From the NCBI GenBank assembly GCA_025060055.1, contig JANXCK010000239.1:1-25249 (forward strand): DNA of 25,249 nucleotides. Direction: 5' to 3'. Below are positions 24,273 to 25,249 of this stretch, piece after piece. A program made the translations under genes and the position numbers. Numbering within the stretch: position 1 is the first letter of the stretch; each line of letters starts with the position of its first letter. The stretch is from Fimbriimonadales bacterium (GTDB lineage Bacteria > Armatimonadota > Fimbriimonadia > Fimbriimonadales > GBS-DC). Below the pieces are notes generated by a model. The model had not been told where the DNA came from, ran no database searches, and worked only from the letters and a program-made list of their open reading frames with translations.

Positions 24273-24429
24273 TACCAATCGGGGTTTCAAACGGCACAGT
24301 ATTCTGAACGGCTGAAGCCGTTCCTGTGTAGACCAAGCCGACCTGCGTCGGCTGTAGCCCGCGTAGGCGGGCTTGGTTTGCACAGCAACGGCTTTAGCCG
24401 TGTTTCACTTGACACCCTAATCGGTATAA
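24273..24429. mobile_element. MITE-like shell D, copy 4 (154 bp, 24273-24426), carrying a family A palindrome (24307-24402)
   Basis: Left TIR TACCAATCGGGGTTTCAAA; right TIR CTTGACACCCTAATCGGTA; right flank TAA, left flank ACT (duplication not intact). Same length and cargo as copy 2. Confidence 0.75.
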
Positions 24430-24462
24430 GAAACGGCTTCCGCCGTCCCTCTCGCACGCGCG

Positions 24463-25249
24463 CTAAGAGCGCATCTGCGCGACTTCGCGGATAATCGCCA
24501 GCGTCAAGTCCACACTCTTGGCGAGGTCGTCAATCCGCACGAACTCTTCGTGCGTGTGGATGTTCTGGTGGGCGGTGCCGACGACGCAACAGGGCAGCCC
24601 GCGCGCGATGAAAATGTTCGCGTCCGCGCCACCCCCTGTGGGGCGCATCGGCGCGTCCATACCCAGCTGCTTCAGCGCACGACGCACCACTTGCACAGGC
24701 AGGTCATTTTCCGTGAGCGTGTAGCCCTCGTAGTGGCGATGAATCTCGATCACGGTTTGACCGCCGAACAGGTGCGCTGCGCGTTCGAACAGGTACAGCA
24801 TATGCCCGACTTGCGCGTCCAGTTTTGCGCGGTCGAGGCTGCGCGCCTCTGCCGTGATGAGCACCTCAGGGCACACCACATTCGTCGCGTGCCCGCCACG
24901 AATCGTGCCGATGTTGGCAGTGGTTTCCTCATCGATGCGCCCCAGTTTCATCTGGCTAATCGCGTATGCGGCAATCTGGATGGCGCTGACACCCTTCTCA
25001 GGCTCCACGCCCGCATGGGCAGGCTTGCCCAGAATGCGAATGTCCATCGTATCGTGGGTGGGCGTCTGGATGATAACCGTGCCGACGGGCGGTCCTGTGT
25101 CGTACACAAAGCCGAAATCGCTGTCCACCAGCGAGAGGTCTAACGCCCGCGCACCTTTCAGCCCAATCTCCTCGCACACGGTGAAGATGAGCTGGATTTG
25201 CCCGTGCGGGAGGTTGTTCTCCACCACGATACGAATCGCTTCCAAAATC
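24463..25249 (-). CDS. M20-family peptidase (peptidase T-like), 5' part outside the window
   Basis: FTVCEEIGLKGA, GKPAHAGVEPEKG, TANIG, AEARSL, GGGADAN and HTHEE. Confidence 0.9.
   Translation of the reverse strand, partial: ILEAIRIVVENNLPHGQIQLIFTVCEEIGLKGARALDLSLVDSDFGFVYDTGPPVGTVIIQTPTHDTMDIRILGKPAHAGVEPEKGVSAIQIAAYAISQMKLGRIDEETTANIGTIRGGHATNVVCPEVLITAEARSLDRAKLDAQVGHMLYLFERAAHLFGGQTVIEIHRHYEGYTLTENDLPVQVVRRALKQLGMDAPMRPTGGGADANIFIARGLPCCVVGTAHQNIHTHEEFVRIDDLAKSVDLTLAIIREVAQMRS

Noticed and set aside
1-25249. Autonomous transposase, integrase, prophage or defence island
   Set aside because: No DDE, HUH, tyrosine or serine recombinase ORF was recognised. The lone Uma2 gene is not enough to call a defence system.

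Overview
GC-rich bacterial chromosomal window. Armatimonadota-like origin is an inference from two [34 protein letters not shown] / H-X9-DG prepilin-like genes. Genes, left to right: an AT-richer htpX fragment fused tail-to-tail with a TetR regulator, folK, a PilC/GspF-family gene, an M16 peptidase pair split by a Uma2 nuclease gene, a dnaK-dnaJ-hspR-tsaE-prepilin run with a HAIR operator, a GDP-mannose-dehydrogenase-like gene with 3 GT4 genes and a TPR membrane glycosyltransferase-like gene, a GH1 beta-glucosidase, a second prepilin-like gene, a stand-alone biotin carboxylase, a CBS protein and a partial M20 peptidase. The most unusual feature is the non-coding DNA. Most larger intergenic gaps hold short palindromic repeats: about 30 GTAG/GTGG REP-like hairpins, a branched ~95-bp palindrome and a C-rich/G-rich palindrome. 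Several of these are packaged as interchangeable cargo inside a MITE-like shell with 19-bp terminal inverted repeats (TACCAATCGGGGTTTCAAG) and TTA/TAA target duplications. One REP cluster sits in frame inside a membrane-protein gene. No transposase, tRNA, rRNA or CRISPR array was seen. Five genes appear to be leaderless. All calls come from motif recognition by eye; no searches were run.
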